The notes beneath the pieces were generated by a model, which was given only the letters and a program-made list of their open reading frames with translations, searched no databases and was not told where the DNA came from. A stretch of DNA of 64,000 nt from Felis catus (Eukaryota): contig NC_058368.1 of the NCBI RefSeq assembly GCF_018350175.1, forward strand, positions 219,916,001-219,980,000, written 5' to 3'. This document shows, piece after piece, positions 63,457 to 64,000 of the stretch. A program made the position numbers and the translations under genes. Position 1 is the first letter of the stretch. Each line of letters starts with the position of its first letter.

Positions 63457-64000
63457 CTCATTAACAAATTAAGATTTTCATTCTCCCACATAGCTACCTG
63501 ATCCTGATTCAATTATTAAGAGAGAGAAACACAGAGAGAGAATGAAAAACAGGTTAAAATAAACAACTATAATATCTGTGAGAACATATAGTATCACACA
63601 CTATATGTGTGTATGTATGTGTGTGTGCTCATAGCAGAGTTTTCATTAAAAAAATATTTCAAATCAATTAATTATCATTAAGTTTAGCATCATTAAGTTT
63701 ACCTGCATGATTCCTGAATGGAGAGAGGTTGATTTCAACTATTACCTTTTCAATGCACACTGCAATCGCCACAGCTACTAGTATTTAAAGATCAGAGACA
63801 ACAACATAATTTTAGAGATATTCTGGGGGGAGTTAATGATTAAGTAAATAAAGAGCAGATTTTGAAGTGTGTTTTGTCAATAAAAACAGTTTAATATATT
63901 TCAGAAAGAGTGAATTGATTTTTCAAGAGATGAATAGCATTCTCAAAAGCTACCAGTAGATGGTGTGACAGGAGTAATCAAAATTGAGGAAACATCTATA

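Noticed and set aside
1..64000. CRISPR arrays, operons or other prokaryotic systems
   Set aside because: Mammalian repeat landscape; recurrent repeats are SINEs and microsatellites without repeat-spacer structure.

Overview
Gene-poor, AT-rich felid (very likely Felis, domestic cat) genomic DNA, judged from Can-SINEs, a feline-type L1 and the provirus; no host protein-coding exon could be supported. The dominant feature is a young, full-length gammaretroviral provirus of the ERV-DC family on the minus strand (52279-61142). It has 550-bp LTRs differing at only 2 sites, a 4-bp CAAC target-site duplication, a tRNA-Gly PBS and a PPT. Gag is intact and the pol and env frames are stop-free except for two single-base indels in G/C runs. 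The first is a +1 base in the gag-pol readthrough pseudoknot that puts Pol out of frame. The second is a -1 base in the Env immunosuppressive domain that predicts an anchorless, secreted Env (Refrex-1-like). If both are assembly errors, the provirus may be fully intact. The window also holds a young betaretrovirus-like solo LTR 243 bp downstream of the provirus, several older LTR/ERVL remnants, a full-length defective L1 nested in a SINE tail, a twin-primed L1, about 15 Can-SINEs and simple repeats. Family names come from recall of known sequences, not database searches.
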